Shown: positions 1-10,328 of the stretch, piece after piece
Layout of the letters: each line of letters starts with the position of its first letter
Numbering within the stretch: position 1 is the stretch's first letter
Assembly (NCBI GenBank): GCA_963842535.1
Contig: CAWJGP010000008.1
Coordinates: 26,190-90,189 of the forward strand
From: an uncultured Actinomycetota bacterium
Lineage (GTDB): Bacteria > Actinomycetota > Actinomycetes > Propionibacteriales > Nocardioidaceae
Direction of reading: 5' to 3'
Length of the DNA stretch: 64,000 bases
The notes under the pieces: model-generated
Told to the model about the DNA's origin: nothing
Database searches by the model: none
The model's input: only the letters and a program-made list of their open reading frames with translations
Made by a program: the position numbers and the translations under genes

Positions 1-57
1 GCGGGTGCTGAGGATGATGTGCTCACCCTCGTTCAGGATCCTGCGCGATACGACCAC
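1..57 (-). CDS. 5' end of a probable PH-domain (bPH_2) membrane protein, running off the window edge
   Basis: GTG at 57 opens VVVSRRILNEGEHIILSTR to position 1. A CATGAT -10-like hexamer lies 6 nt upstream. Such genes usually follow birA in actinobacteria. Confidence 0.5.
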   Translation of the reverse strand, partial: MVVSRRILNEGEHIILSTR

Positions 58-97
58 AGCGAGATCATGCCACGGCGGCGCCGGCCCCAGCCCGTTC

Positions 98-878
98 TTA
101 CCGCGCCCTCACGTAGACCACGTCGCCCGCACCGAGATGCTCCTCCCCGGCCTCAGTGCGTACGACGAGCCGCCCGTTCGGGTCCACGTCGACGGCCTGG
201 CCGACCACCTCGCCGCCCGGGACCGCGACCCGCACCTCCTGGCCGGGGGTGCGACACAGCTCGAGATAGGCAGCCCGCAGGTCCCCGCCCGCCCGCCACT
301 CGTCGTACCGGGCGGCCAGCTCCTCGACCAGAGCCGCCAGCAGCGCCGACCGGTCCACCGCGCCCCCGGTGAGGATCGAGAGCGAGGTCGCCTCCGGCAC
401 CGGGAGCTCGTCGGCCGACTGGGTGCAGTTGATGCCGACCCCGACCACCGCGGCAGCGGAACCGCCGTGCTCGACCCGCTCCAGCAGGATGCCGCCGAGC
501 TTGTGGCCGTCGGCGAGCACGTCGTTGGGCCACTTCAGCTCGACCTCGACGCCCGTGACCCGGCGTACCGCTGCCGCAGACGCGACCCCGGTCAGCAGCG
601 GGAGCCACGGCCAGCTCTCGGCTGAGATGTCGCCGGGCACGAGCAGGAACGACACGGTCACGGACGTGCGGGCCGGGGTCACCCACTCGCGGCCGAGTCG
701 CCCGCGGCCGGCGGTCTGGTGCTCGGCCACCAGGACGAGACCTTCCTGCTCTCCCGCCCGGAAGCGCTCGGCGACATCTGCGTTGGTGGACGCGGTCTCG
801 TCGACCACCTCCACCCGCCATCGGGAGTCGACCCCGGTCGGCATCGATCGGTGGGCGGCTGTCCTCGTGATCGCTCAT
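98..878 (-). CDS. birA: Biotin-[acetyl-CoA-carboxylase] ligase, with an apparent +1 frameshift near 832-835
   Basis: Motifs [31 protein letters not shown] and C-terminal GDV are present. Best start is ATG 878 ([21 protein letters not shown] 7 nt upstream), one base out of frame with the rest (98..844). Confidence 0.9.
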
Positions 879-954
879 GCCCACTAGATTGGCGCAGGAA
901 CGAGTCGGCGGCCAGCCCGAGGGCCCTGACGACCGAGGTCGAGGAGTCGAGCAC

Positions 955-2589
955 GTGAGCGCAGCACCCGGCGAAGGCACCGACGTCCCGAAGGACATCG
1001 ACATCCACACCACCGAGGGCAAGCTGGCCGACCTCGACCGGCGCATCGACGAGGCCGTGCATGCGGGCTCGACCAAGGCCGTCGAGAAGCAGCACGCCAA
1101 GGGCAAGTGGACCGCACGGGAGCGCATCGAACACCTCTTCGACGACGGCTCGTTCGTCGAGCTCGACGAGCTCGCGCGGCACCGCTCGGTGGCGTTCGGG
1201 CTGGAGAAGAACCGCCCCTACGGCGACGGTGTGATCACCGGCTTCGGCACCATCGACGGCCGCCAGGCCTGCGTGTTCTCGCAGGACTTCACCGTGTTCG
1301 GTGGCTCGCTGGGCGAGGTCTACGGCGAGAAGATCTGCAAGGTCATGGACCTCGCCATCAAGACCGGCTGCCCGATCATCGGCATCAACGAGGGCGCCGG
1401 CGCCCGCATCCAGGAGGGTGTGGTCTCGCTCGGCCTGTACGGCGAGATCTTCAAGCGCAACGTGCACGCCAGCGGCGTGATCCCGCAGATCAGCCTGATC
1501 ATGGGCTCCTGCGCCGGAGGTCACGTCTACTCCCCCGCCGTCACCGACTTCACGATCATGGTCGACGGCACCTCGAACATGTTCATCACCGGTCCCGACG
1601 TCATCAAGACGGTCACCGGCGAAGACGTGTCCATGGAGGAGCTCGGCGGCGCCCGGACCCACAACACCAAGTCCGGCAACGCCCACTACATGGGTAGCGA
1701 CGAGGAGGACGCGCTCGAGTACACCAAGGCGCTGCTGTCCTACCTGCCGCAGAACAACCTCGACGACCCGCCGGTGTACCACGAGGCCGCCGACATGGAG
1801 ATCACCGACGAGGACCGTGCCCTCGACTCGGTGATCCCCGACTCGCCCAACCAGCCCTACGACATGAGGACGGTGATCGAGGGAATCGTGGACACTGATG
1901 AGAACGGTGAGGGCGAGTTCCTCGAGGTGATGCCGCTCTTCGCGCCGAACATCGTGATCGGCTACGGCCGCGTCGAGGGCAAGTCGGTCGGTGTCGTGGC
2001 CAACCAGCCGATGCAGTTCGCCGGCACCCTCGACATCGACGCCTCGGAGAAGGCAGCGCGCTTCGTGCGCACCTGCGACGCGTTCAACATCCCGGTCCTG
2101 ACCTTCGTCGACGTCCCCGGCTTCCTGCCCGGTACCGACCAGGAGTGGAACGGCATCATCCGGCGCGGCGCGAAGCTGATCTACGCCTACGCCGAGGCGA
2201 CCGTCCCGTTGGTCACGATCATCACCCGCAAGGCCTATGGCGGGGCGTACGACGTGATGGGGTCCAAGCACCTCGGTGCCGACATCAACCTCGCCTGGCC
2301 GACCGCGCAGATCGCCGTGATGGGTGCCCAGGGCGCCGCCAACATCCTGCACCGCAAGGAGCTGGCCAAGGTCGAGAAGGACGGCGGCGACGTCGAGCAG
2401 CGACGGGCCGAGCTGATCACGGACTACGAGGACACGCTCGCCAACCCCTACATCGCTGCCGAGCGCGGCTACATCGACGCAGTGATCACCCCCCACGAGA
2501 CCCGGATCGAGATCGTCCGCGCGCTGCGGTTGCTCGCGTCCAAGCGCGAGACGCTGCCGCCCAAGAAGCACGGGAACATCCCGCTGTGA
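955..2589 (+). CDS. pccB: Acyl-CoA (propionyl-CoA) carboxylase carboxyltransferase beta subunit
   Basis: Motifs [26 protein letters not shown]-like [17 protein letters not shown] and KHGNIPL. GTG 955 follows GAGGAG at 941-946. Confidence 0.95.
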   Translation: MSAAPGEGTDVPKDIDIHTTEGKLADLDRRIDEAVHAGSTKAVEKQHAKGKWTARERIEHLFDDGSFVELDELARHRSVAFGLEKNRPYGDGVITGFGTIDGRQACVFSQDFTVFGGSLGEVYGEKICKVMDLAIKTGCPIIGINEGAGARIQEGVVSLGLYGEIFKRNVHASGVIPQISLIMGSCAGGHVYSPAVTDFTIMVDGTSNMFITGPDVIKTVTGEDVSMEELGGARTHNTKSGNAHYMGSDEEDALEYTKALLSYLPQNNLDDPPVYHEAADMEITDEDRALDSVIPDSPNQPYDMRTVIEGIVDTDENGEGEFLEVMPLFAPNIVIGYGRVEGKSVGVVANQPMQFAGTLDIDASEKAARFVRTCDAFNIPVLTFVDVPGFLPGTDQEWNGIIRRGAKLIYAYAEATVPLVTIITRKAYGGAYDVMGSKHLGADINLAWPTAQIAVMGAQGAANILHRKELAKVEKDGGDVEQRRAELITDYEDTLANPYIAAERGYIDAVITPHETRIEIVRALRLLASKRETLPPKKHGNIPL

Positions 2590-2810
2590 CAGACACTCCT
2601 GAGCAGGAGCAGCCCCTCCTCCGCATCGTCAAGGGCGACCCGACCCCGGAAGAGGTCGCGGCTCTCGTCGCGGTCGTGTCCGCGATGGCCGCTGGCGCTC
2701 AGGCAGCCGGAGCCGAGGACCGACCCAAGCCGGAGTGGGGCGCCCACCACCGCAAGGTGCGCAGCACCCACCGACACGGCGCGGGCGCCTGGCGTGCCTC
2801 GGCGCGCTGA
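2586..2810 (+). CDS. Acyl-CoA carboxylase epsilon subunit
   Basis: [20 protein letters not shown] and a C-terminal W...GAW(R) motif. GTGA overlap with the pccB stop. Lies in the frame of ORF 2145..2810. Confidence 0.85.
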   Translation: MTDTPEQEQPLLRIVKGDPTPEEVAALVAVVSAMAAGAQAAGAEDRPKPEWGAHHRKVRSTHRHGAGAWRASAR

Positions 2811-2817
2811 AGCCCAC

Positions 2818-3417
2818 ATGCCAACTCCCCCTCAGCTGATCCTCGCCTCGGCCTCCCCTGCCCGGCTCAAGACCCTGCAGAGCGCCGGGCTGTCCCCCGA
2901 GGTCGTGGTCAGCGGGGTCGACGAGTCGACCGTCGAGGTGACGGCGCCGGCCGACTACACGCTCAAGCTGGCCCAGCTCAAGGCGGTTGCCGTCGCGTCG
3001 AACCAGAAGCGGGCGATCGTCATCGGCTGCGACTCGGTGCTGGCGCTGGACGGCGAGATCCTCGGCAAGCCCGCGAGCGACGAGGAGGCGATCGCGCGCT
3101 GGAAGCAGATGCGCGGCCGGGCCGGCGTACTGCACACCGGGCACTGCGTGATCGACACCCATCGCGAGGTGTGGCTGGCGCGGTCGGCAGCGACCCAGGT
3201 GCGCTTCGCGCAGGTCTCGGACGAGGAGATCGAGGCGTACGTCGCCACCGGCGAGCCGTCAGCGGTGGCCGGGGCCTTCACTCTCGACGGGCTCGGCGGG
3301 GCCTTCGTGTCCGGTGTGACCGGCGACCCCCACAACGTCGTGGGGATCAGCCTCCCACTGCTCCGGCTGATGCTCGAGGAGCTCGGCTTCGTCTGGACGG
3401 AGTTCTGGGCCCGCTGA
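2818..3417 (+). CDS. maf: Maf family nucleoside triphosphate pyrophosphatase
   Basis: LILASASPAR, IGCDSV, GKP, AGAFTLDG, NVVGISL. Confidence 0.95.
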   Translation: MPTPPQLILASASPARLKTLQSAGLSPEVVVSGVDESTVEVTAPADYTLKLAQLKAVAVASNQKRAIVIGCDSVLALDGEILGKPASDEEAIARWKQMRGRAGVLHTGHCVIDTHREVWLARSAATQVRFAQVSDEEIEAYVATGEPSAVAGAFTLDGLGGAFVSGVTGDPHNVVGISLPLLRLMLEELGFVWTEFWAR

Positions 3418-3930
3418 CCCAGGATCCAGCTCAGCCTCGAGCTCAGGCCCCGGCTCGACCACGATGGCGTGGAGCAGGCCGCCGCCCTTGTGCCGCTTGA
3501 ACACGAACCTGCGGAACGCCCAGAACCGGACAGCCATGCCGAGGACGGCGCCCACGACATTGGCCGAGATGTTGTCGGCGAGCGCGGAGTCCCAGTCGAT
3601 GACGTTGCGCGTGATCCACAGACAACCCATCGGGATCAGGAACGACGTCAGGTTGACGAGGACGAAGTTGAGCGCGCCGCCATACGGTCCAGCCGGCTGC
3701 CGGTTCTTGAAGGCATAGCGCCGGCTGCCGTAGAAGCTGATCCCCATGCCCACGCAGTTCGCGAGGAACCACGACGTGACCGGCCAGCCGTTCAGGACGC
3801 CCGGCCTGGAGATGCCGGTGATGCCGTGCACCAGAACGTTGAACAGCACCACGGCAACGATCGTGGCGACGATGTTGACCGCAGAGAACTTCGCTGCCTC
3901 GCCGCCGATGCGTCGCAGTCGCGATCCCAT
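3259..3930 (-). CDS. GtrA family membrane protein (lipid-linked sugar translocase-like)
   Basis: AKFSAV, four hydrophobic segments, SFYGSRRYAF and RFWAFRRFVF. TAGCCT lies 6 nt upstream of the ATG. The C-terminal tail overlaps maf antisense. Confidence 0.8.
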   Translation of the reverse strand: MGSRLRRIGGEAAKFSAVNIVATIVAVVLFNVLVHGITGISRPGVLNGWPVTSWFLANCVGMGISFYGSRRYAFKNRQPAGPYGGALNFVLVNLTSFLIPMGCLWITRNVIDWDSALADNISANVVGAVLGMAVRFWAFRRFVFKRHKGGGLLHAIVVEPGPELEAELDPGSAGPELRPDEAELLEHQPEQWEADPHDVVGVAGHTGHEGPAEPVESEGPGHR

Positions 3931-3967
3931 ACCTGCAGGCTAGGTGAGGAACAGGCAGGATGAGCGC

Positions 3968-4840
3968 ATGCGCGGCCTGATCCTCGCCGGTGGAACCGGC
4001 TCACGACTCCACCCGGTGACGCTCGGCATCAGCAAACAGCTGGTCCCGGTCTACGACAAGCCGATGATCTACTACCCGCTCAGCACCCTGATGCTGGCCG
4101 GCATCCGCGACATCCTGCTGATCACCACGCCCCACGAGGCCGAGTCGTTCGAGCGGTTGCTGGGCGACGGGTCCAGGTTCGGCATCTCGATCACCTACGC
4201 CCAGCAGCCGAGCCCCGACGGCCTGGCGCAGGCGTTCACGATCGGGGCCGACTTCATCGGCACCGAGCCGAGCGCGCTGATCCTCGGCGACAACCTGTTC
4301 TACGGGCAGGGCTTCGGCCGGCAGCTCGACCGGTTCAGCGACGTCGAGGGTGCCACGGTGTTCGCCTACCGGGTCTCGGATCCGAGCTCGTACGGCGTCG
4401 TGGAGTTCGACGACTCCGGGCGGGCCATCTCCCTGGAGGAGAAGCCGGAGAACCCCCGGAGCAGCTTCGCCGTACCCGGCCTCTACTTCTACGACAACGA
4501 CGTGATCGAGATCGCCCGCAACCTCGAGCCATCGGCCCGCGGCGAGTACGAGATCACCGACATCAGCCAGCACTACCTCGAGCAGGGTCGCCTCAACGTG
4601 GAGGTGCTCGAGCGCGGGTTCGCCTGGCTGGACACCGGGACCTTCGACTCGCTCTCGGACGCGGGCAACTTCATCCGCACGATCGAGCACCGCCAGGGGC
4701 TCAAGGTGGGGGCGCCGGAGGAGGTCGCCTGGCGGCAGGGCTTCCTGACCGACGACGAGCTGCGTGAGCGGGCCGAGCCACTGCTGAAGTCGGGCTACGG
4801 GGAGTACTTACTGCAGCTCCTCGAGCCCGAGCACTTCTGA
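3968..4840 (+). CDS. rfbA: Glucose-1-phosphate thymidylyltransferase
   Basis: [49 protein letters not shown]. Confidence 0.97.
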   Translation: MRGLILAGGTGSRLHPVTLGISKQLVPVYDKPMIYYPLSTLMLAGIRDILLITTPHEAESFERLLGDGSRFGISITYAQQPSPDGLAQAFTIGADFIGTEPSALILGDNLFYGQGFGRQLDRFSDVEGATVFAYRVSDPSSYGVVEFDDSGRAISLEEKPENPRSSFAVPGLYFYDNDVIEIARNLEPSARGEYEITDISQHYLEQGRLNVEVLERGFAWLDTGTFDSLSDAGNFIRTIEHRQGLKVGAPEEVAWRQGFLTDDELRERAEPLLKSGYGEYLLQLLEPEHF

Positions 4841-5671
4841 GGCAGCGCTCGCCCAGCGCTCCTCCCACGGCCCGATCGGGGCGATGCCGACTGCATGCAG
4901 CTTGTCGTGGCCGAGCACGGAGTACGCCGGTCGCGGCGCCGGCCGCACGAAGCTCGCGGAGTCGGTCGGCGTGACCACGTCGGGCGGCAGCCCGGCGCTC
5001 TCGACCACGCGGCGGGCGAAGTCGAACCACGATGTCTCGCCGGTCGACGTCGCGTGCCAGGTGCCGGCCGGGGCCTCGGCCTCGACCAACCGGACGATCA
5101 GCTCGGCGACGTCAGCGGTCCACGTGGGCTGACCGAACTGGTCGTCCACGACGCTGACTGAGCCCTTCTCACGTGCGACTCGGGAGATCGTGCGCGGGAA
5201 GCACGCCCCGTTGGCGCCGTACAGCCACGCCGTGCGCACCACCAGGTGATGCTCCGGGGCGGCCGCTCGCACGGCGGCCTCGCCGGCCGCCTTGGTCCGC
5301 CCGTACGCCGAAGCCGGGTCGGGCGGCGCGTCCTCGTCGTACGGCGTCCGCGCCGTGCCGTCGAAGACGTAGTCCGTGCTGACCTGCACGATGCGACGAC
5401 CGTGCCGAGCAGCCGCCCGGGCCAGCACACCCGGCGCCACGGCGTTGATCTCGTGGGCCTCGGCCTCGCTGTCCTCCGCGTCGTCGACAGCCGTCCAGGC
5501 GGCGCAGTTGACCACCACGTCGTGCGCAGCGACCGCCTCGGCGACCGCTGCCTCGTCGAAGAGGTCCAGGTCACCGCGGTCGACGGCTGTGTGCGAGATG
5601 TCGTGGCCCTCGAGCGCGCGCAGGACGTCTGTTCCCAGCATTCCGCGCGCCCCGGTCACCAGCCATCCCAC
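4808..5671 (-). CDS. rfbD: dTDP-4-dehydrorhamnose reductase
   Basis: [49 protein letters not shown] 5671 has TACCCT 6 nt upstream. Confidence 0.95.
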   Translation of the reverse strand: MGWLVTGARGMLGTDVLRALEGHDISHTAVDRGDLDLFDEAAVAEAVAAHDVVVNCAAWTAVDDAEDSEAEAHEINAVAPGVLARAAARHGRRIVQVSTDYVFDGTARTPYDEDAPPDPASAYGRTKAAGEAAVRAAAPEHHLVVRTAWLYGANGACFPRTISRVAREKGSVSVVDDQFGQPTWTADVAELIVRLVEAEAPAGTWHATSTGETSWFDFARRVVESAGLPPDVVTPTDSASFVRPAPRPAYSVLGHDKLHAVGIAPIGPWEERWASAASEVLGLEELQ

Positions 5672-5704
5672 AGCGAGAGGGTAGCGACCCGCTAGCCTGC
5701 CTCG

Positions 5705-6328
5705 ATGGAGGTCCGCGAGCTCTCGATCCCCGGCGCGTTCGAGGTGACCCCCGTCAAGCACGCCGACGACCGGGGCACGTTCCTGGAGTGGTTCCGCGAG
5801 GACGTCTTCACCCAGGTCGTCGGCCACCCCCTCCACCTGGCCCAGGCCAACTGCTCGGTCTCGCAGGCGGGCACGCTGCGGGGCATCCACTTCGCCGAGC
5901 TGCCGCCTAGCCAGGCCAAGTTCGTCACCTGCGTCAGCGGCGCCGCCTTCGACGTCGCGGTCGACCTGCGCCTCGGCTCCACGTCGTACGGCCAGTGGGA
6001 CGCAGTGCTTCTCGACGACCAGGAGCGCAAGGCCGTCTACCTTCCCGAGGGGCTGGGGCACGCGTTCCTGGCCCTGGAGGACCACACGGTCGTCAACTAC
6101 CTGTGCTCGACCCCCTATGCCCCCGGCCGCGAGCACGCGATCCATCCCTTCGACCCCGAGATCGCCATCCAGTGGCCGACCGAGGACCGTCACGGCACCG
6201 GGATCACCCCCCTGCTCTCCCCCAAGGACGACGCCGCCCCCTCGTTGGCAGAGGTTCGCGGGACCGGACTGCTCCCGTCGTACGTCGAGGCCCTCGCCTT
6301 CACCCGGTCCCTCGGCGGTCCGCTGTAA
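5705..6328 (+). CDS. rfbC: dTDP-4-dehydrorhamnose 3,5-epimerase
   Basis: DDRGTF, NCSVS, GTLRGIH, QAKFV, VDLR, PEGLGHAF, LSPKD. Confidence 0.96.
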   Translation: MEVRELSIPGAFEVTPVKHADDRGTFLEWFREDVFTQVVGHPLHLAQANCSVSQAGTLRGIHFAELPPSQAKFVTCVSGAAFDVAVDLRLGSTSYGQWDAVLLDDQERKAVYLPEGLGHAFLALEDHTVVNYLCSTPYAPGREHAIHPFDPEIAIQWPTEDRHGTGITPLLSPKDDAAPSLAEVRGTGLLPSYVEALAFTRSLGGPL

Positions 6329-6462
6329 TTCGCCGACCGGTCAGCGGATGCACGCTGAAACACGGCGACCGGTCACTCGATGCACACTCCCGAGGCCCCG
6401 GCGTACACGGATTGACCGGTCGGCACTTCTGAGCGTGCAGGGAGTGACCGGTCGGCGAATTA
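6326..6462. repeat. 137-bp palindromic MITE/REP-like element with 18-bp terminal inverted repeats
   Basis: TAATTCGCCGACCGGTCA (6326-6343) and its exact reverse complement (6445-6462). Internal copies of the core at 6363 and 6413 give a 32-bp period. Confidence 0.85.
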
Positions 6463-7446
6463 GAGGAGACCTGCGCGGGCCTTGAGGGGCTCCCACCAGG
6501 TGCGGTTCGCGCGGTACCACTCGACTGTGTCCGCGAGACCCTGCTCGAACGGCACCTGCGGTTGGTAGCCCAGCTCGTGGCTGATCTTGGTGATGTCGAC
6601 CGAGTAGCGGAGGTCGTGGCCCAGGCGGTCGGTGACCTGCTTGACCTGGTCCCAGTCGGTGCCGGTGGCCTCGAGGAGGAGGCCGGTCAGCTCCTTGTTG
6701 GACAGCTCGGTGCCGCCGCCGATGTTGTAGGTCTCACCGGGCCGGCCACCCTCGAGCACGAGCTGGATGCCGCGGCAGTGATCGTCGACGTGCAGCCAGT
6801 CGCGCACGTTGGCGCCCTCGCCGTACAGCGGCACCTGTGCGCCGTCGATCAGGTTGGTCACGAACAGCGGGATGACCTTCTCGGGGAACTGGTAGGGCCC
6901 GTAGTTGTTCGAGCAGCGGGTGATGCAGACCGGAAGGCCGTGGGTGCGGTGGTAGGCCCGGGCGAAGAGGTCGCTGGAGGCCTTGGACGCCGAGTACGGC
7001 GAGTTGGGCAGCAGCGGCTGTTCCTCGTCCCAGCTGCCCTGCTCGATGGACCCGTAGACCTCGTCGGTCGAGACGTGCACGAACCTCTCGATCTCGTGGG
7101 CGCGCGCGGAGTCGAGCAGGTTCTGGGTCCCGACGACGTTGGTCATCACGAACTCCGCAGCGCCGAGGATCGACCGATCCACGTGGCTCTCGGCCGCGAA
7201 GTGCACGACCGCGTCGACCTCGCTCATCAGCCGGTCGACGGTGGGCCGGTCGAGGATGTCTCCCTCGACGAACTGCAGCCGCTTGTCGCCCGCCACCGGT
7301 GCGATGTTCGCAATGTTGCCTGCGTAGGTGAGCCTGTCGAGAACGACCACGGTCTCCGGCTCCACACCGCCCCAGGCTCCGGTCAGCACGGAGCGGACGT
7401 AGTGGCTGCCGATGAACCCGGCTCCGCCCGTGACCAGGACTCTCAT
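6460..7446 (-). CDS. rfbB: dTDP-glucose 4,6-dehydratase
   Basis: MRVLVTGGAGFIGS, HFAAESHVDRSI, STDEVYGS, YSASK, RCSNNYGP, RDWLHVDDH. Confidence 0.97.
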   Translation of the reverse strand: MRVLVTGGAGFIGSHYVRSVLTGAWGGVEPETVVVLDRLTYAGNIANIAPVAGDKRLQFVEGDILDRPTVDRLMSEVDAVVHFAAESHVDRSILGAAEFVMTNVVGTQNLLDSARAHEIERFVHVSTDEVYGSIEQGSWDEEQPLLPNSPYSASKASSDLFARAYHRTHGLPVCITRCSNNYGPYQFPEKVIPLFVTNLIDGAQVPLYGEGANVRDWLHVDDHCRGIQLVLEGGRPGETYNIGGGTELSNKELTGLLLEATGTDWDQVKQVTDRLGHDLRYSVDITKISHELGYQPQVPFEQGLADTVEWYRANRTWWEPLKARAGLL

Positions 7447-8387
7447 CTGTTGCCCTTCTGTTGCAGAAGCGCCTGCTGGCCGCGCATCGAGGTGAGCGTC
7501 TCCGCGATCCCCGCGACCATCGGTGTCCGCGCCAGGGACGAGGTCCATGGCCAGGCCACCGAGCGCAGGCGCAGGTCACGGACCTGGAACTGGGCGCTGG
7601 GCGAGGTGCCGAGGACTACAGGTGGGCGCTTCCGGGTGATCCGGCGCAGGTCGCCGAGCAGGGCTCCGATCGTGGTGGACCGCTCGCTCGCCAGCACCTT
7701 GAGGGCCCGTCTGCCGCGGGTCGTCACCGCGTCCAGACCCGCTATGGCCATGGCCGCTGCGTCGTCCACGAACAGGTAGTCGCGCATCGTGTCCAGCGAG
7801 ACGTACACGCTCAGCGGCTGGCGGTTGAGCTGGGCGCGACACAGCTGGGAGACAAGCCCCTGGGGCTTGTTCAGGTCCTGGCCGGGGCCGTAGAGGTTCG
7901 AGAGCCTGCCGACGAGCAGCGCCGCCCCGGTGCGTACGGCGAACTCGGTCGCGATCTCCTCCGAGCGCAGCTTGGCCATGCCGTACGACGAGATCGGTGA
8001 CGGCTCCGTGCGCTCGGTGAAAGGAGCACCGGACGACCCGGCGTACACCCCGCCGGCAGAGGAGGCGAGGAAGAACCCGCGCCCTGTCGTCTCGGCACCG
8101 GGATCCCAGCCGGCGAGGAAATCCCCCAGGACTGCGATCTCTGCCTCGAGCTCCTCGGCGCTGCTGCCGATCACGCCCGCGCCGGCGCACCAGTAGACCT
8201 CCCACTGCGTCGGGAGCGATGCCGCCTCCTGAAGGAGTGCCGCGACCGAGGCGTCGTGGTCGCCCCACGGCACCGATGTCGTGCGCACCTCGCGGCCCAG
8301 GGTCTCCAGCCGCCGGCACACGGCGCTGCCGAGCAGCCCGCCGGCGCCGATCACCCAGGCGGTGCGCCCGCCCAGCCCGTCGGCCAC
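7443..8387 (-). CDS. NAD-dependent epimerase/dehydratase (extended SDR)
   Basis: VIGAGGLLG, SSAGGVY, YGMAK (YxxxK), NLYGPGQ, RDYLFVDD. The start could instead be 8417. Confidence 0.88.
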   Translation of the reverse strand: MADGLGGRTAWVIGAGGLLGSAVCRRLETLGREVRTTSVPWGDHDASVAALLQEAASLPTQWEVYWCAGAGVIGSSAEELEAEIAVLGDFLAGWDPGAETTGRGFFLASSAGGVYAGSSGAPFTERTEPSPISSYGMAKLRSEEIATEFAVRTGAALLVGRLSNLYGPGQDLNKPQGLVSQLCRAQLNRQPLSVYVSLDTMRDYLFVDDAAAMAIAGLDAVTTRGRRALKVLASERSTTIGALLGDLRRITRKRPPVVLGTSPSAQFQVRDLRLRSVAWPWTSSLARTPMVAGIAETLTSMRGQQALLQQKGNR

Positions 8388-8391
8388 CAGC

Positions 8392-9405
8392 TCAGGGCCG
8401 CTGTCGTGGCCGGCCAAGGGGACCGTCCGCGGGGTCCTGGGTGATCAGGTAGAGGGGCTTGCCCATCGCCATGTTGACGGCGACTCCGACGTACTCCGCG
8501 ATCACGCCTAGCGAGAACAGGATCGCGCCGGTGGAGATCAGGATGACCACGATCAGCGAGGTCCAGCCCTCGGTGGGCGCGGGGTGCACCAGCTGTCGGT
8601 AGGCCACGAACGCGGCGATGAGCAGGCCGACCAGGGCGAAGACGATGCCGAGCACGCTGACCAGGCGGAGACCGCGCGTGCCGCCCGTGAGGACCATCCG
8701 CCAGAAGTGCGAGAGCAGCGTGCGTCGCGAGTATCCCGAGCGGCGCTCCTCGCCCTCCGTGCGCAGCTCGACCGGGGCGGTCGCCGTGCCTCCAGCCACC
8801 CAGGCGAGGGCGACGTCGAGGTAGACACCGGCGCCGGCGTACGCCGCCACGCTGCGGCCCACCTCACCGAGGATCAGCCGGAAGCTGTGGAACGACGATG
8901 CGTCTGAACCTCCGCTGAGCGCGCTGACCATCCGCTTGGCCCCGCGGGAGGCGGCGTTGCGCACGGAGCCGTGCGGGGGCGGGTTGGTCGGCTTGGCATA
9001 GATGACGCTGGCCTGCTCGGTCAGCGCGACGTCGAGCATGGCGCCGATGTACGCCGGGTCGTGCTGGCCGTCCTCGTCGATGGTGACGATCCAGTCCCCG
9101 CCCGACGACGACATCCCGGCCAGCGTCGCGGCGTGCTGGCCGAAGTTGCGGCTGAGCCAGATGGCCCGCACGAAGGGGTACGCCGCCTGCATCTCGCGCA
9201 GCACGCGAGCGGAGTCGTCCGGGCCGCAGTCGTGGACCAGGAGCACCTCGGCCACCCGGAAGGGCACGCCGCCCGGGGTGGCGACGTGCTCGGTGAGTGG
9301 GACGAGGTCGGCGATGACCGACGGCAGCTGGTGTTCGGCCTGGTAGATCGGGATGACGACCGAGACGAGGTGCTCGCCCGCGGGTGACGCGGATTCGGCT
9401 GGCAC
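8392..9405 (-). CDS. GT2 polyprenol-phosphate glycosyltransferase (GtrB/ArnC-like) with two C-terminal TM helices
   Basis: VSVVIPIY, LSRNFGQHAATLAG, TIDEDGQHDP and two C-terminal hydrophobic helices. TATAGT lies 7 nt upstream of GTG 9405. Confidence 0.9.
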   Translation of the reverse strand: MPAESASPAGEHLVSVVIPIYQAEHQLPSVIADLVPLTEHVATPGGVPFRVAEVLLVHDCGPDDSARVLREMQAAYPFVRAIWLSRNFGQHAATLAGMSSSGGDWIVTIDEDGQHDPAYIGAMLDVALTEQASVIYAKPTNPPPHGSVRNAASRGAKRMVSALSGGSDASSFHSFRLILGEVGRSVAAYAGAGVYLDVALAWVAGGTATAPVELRTEGEERRSGYSRRTLLSHFWRMVLTGGTRGLRLVSVLGIVFALVGLLIAAFVAYRQLVHPAPTEGWTSLIVVILISTGAILFSLGVIAEYVGVAVNMAMGKPLYLITQDPADGPLGRPRQRP

Positions 9406-9449
9406 GCGCCCGACTATAGTCACGATCGTCCCGGCCGGGAGGGTGATGG

Positions 9450-10319
9450 ATGGAGAGCGTGCCGCGAGTGTCGCCCCGAGTGTCAGTGGTGATCCCGGCC
9501 TTCGAGAACGAGCACTACATCCGCGCGACCGTGGAGTCGGTGCTCGCGCAGACCTACCAGGACTTCGAGCTGGTCATCGCCGACCACAGCTCCGCTGACC
9601 GCACCTGGGAGATCCTGCAGGACTTCGCCGGAGACGAGCGGGTCCGCCTGCTGCGCACCCCGGCGGGTGGCGGCGCGGAGCGCAACTGGAACGCCGTGAC
9701 CGAGGCAGCGCGCGGCGAGCTGGTGAAGCTCGTCTGCGGCGATGACCTGCTGTCGCCCGGGTCCCTCACCGCCCAGGTGGCGGCCTTCGACGCGCAGGAC
9801 TCAGGCGTCGTGATGGTGGCGTCGGCCCGCGACATCATCGACGCCTCCGACCGGCCGGTCGTCAGCGCGCACGGGCTCGGCGGGCTCTCCGGCCGGGTGC
9901 CCGGACGTGAGGCGATCCGCCACTCCGTGCTTCGCGGGGCCAACATCTTCGGTGAGCCGTGCTGCGTGCTGATTCGTCGTACGACGCTCGAGTCGGTGGG
10001 CGGCTGGCACGCGAACCCGGGGTACATGATCGACCAGGCGACGTACTGCCGGGTGCTGATGCACGGAGACCTGGCGATCGCACCGGGCTCGCTGGCTGCG
10101 TTCCGACTCAATGCCGGTCAGTGGAGCGTGAAGCTCGCTCGCGAGCAGGCAAAGTCAGCGGCCGAGATGCACCGGCAGATCGCCGAGCTTGAGCCCGGTC
10201 TGCTGAGCCCCCTCGACGTCCGCCGGGGGAACGCCCGCGCGATGCTGCGCGAGCTCCAGCGGCGGCTGGTCTACGTCTACCTCCGGCGCCGGATGCAGCC
10301 GGACACGCCGCACGGGTGA
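9450..10319 (+). CDS. GT2 glycosyltransferase
   Basis: VSVVIPAFENEHYI, ADHSSAD, NWN, LVCGDD, NIFGEP. Confidence 0.9.
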   Translation: MESVPRVSPRVSVVIPAFENEHYIRATVESVLAQTYQDFELVIADHSSADRTWEILQDFAGDERVRLLRTPAGGGAERNWNAVTEAARGELVKLVCGDDLLSPGSLTAQVAAFDAQDSGVVMVASARDIIDASDRPVVSAHGLGGLSGRVPGREAIRHSVLRGANIFGEPCCVLIRRTTLESVGGWHANPGYMIDQATYCRVLMHGDLAIAPGSLAAFRLNAGQWSVKLAREQAKSAAEMHRQIAELEPGLLSPLDVRRGNARAMLRELQRRLVYVYLRRRMQPDTPHG

Positions 10320-10328
10320 GCTGGCCGC

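Noticed and set aside
679-2571. Long antisense ORFs (also 13109..14458, 29085..30554, 38270..40168, 51396..52475, 53777..55372, 61446..62735)
   Set aside because: They are shadow frames of well-supported genes. They are expected from high-GC codon bias and carry no family motifs.
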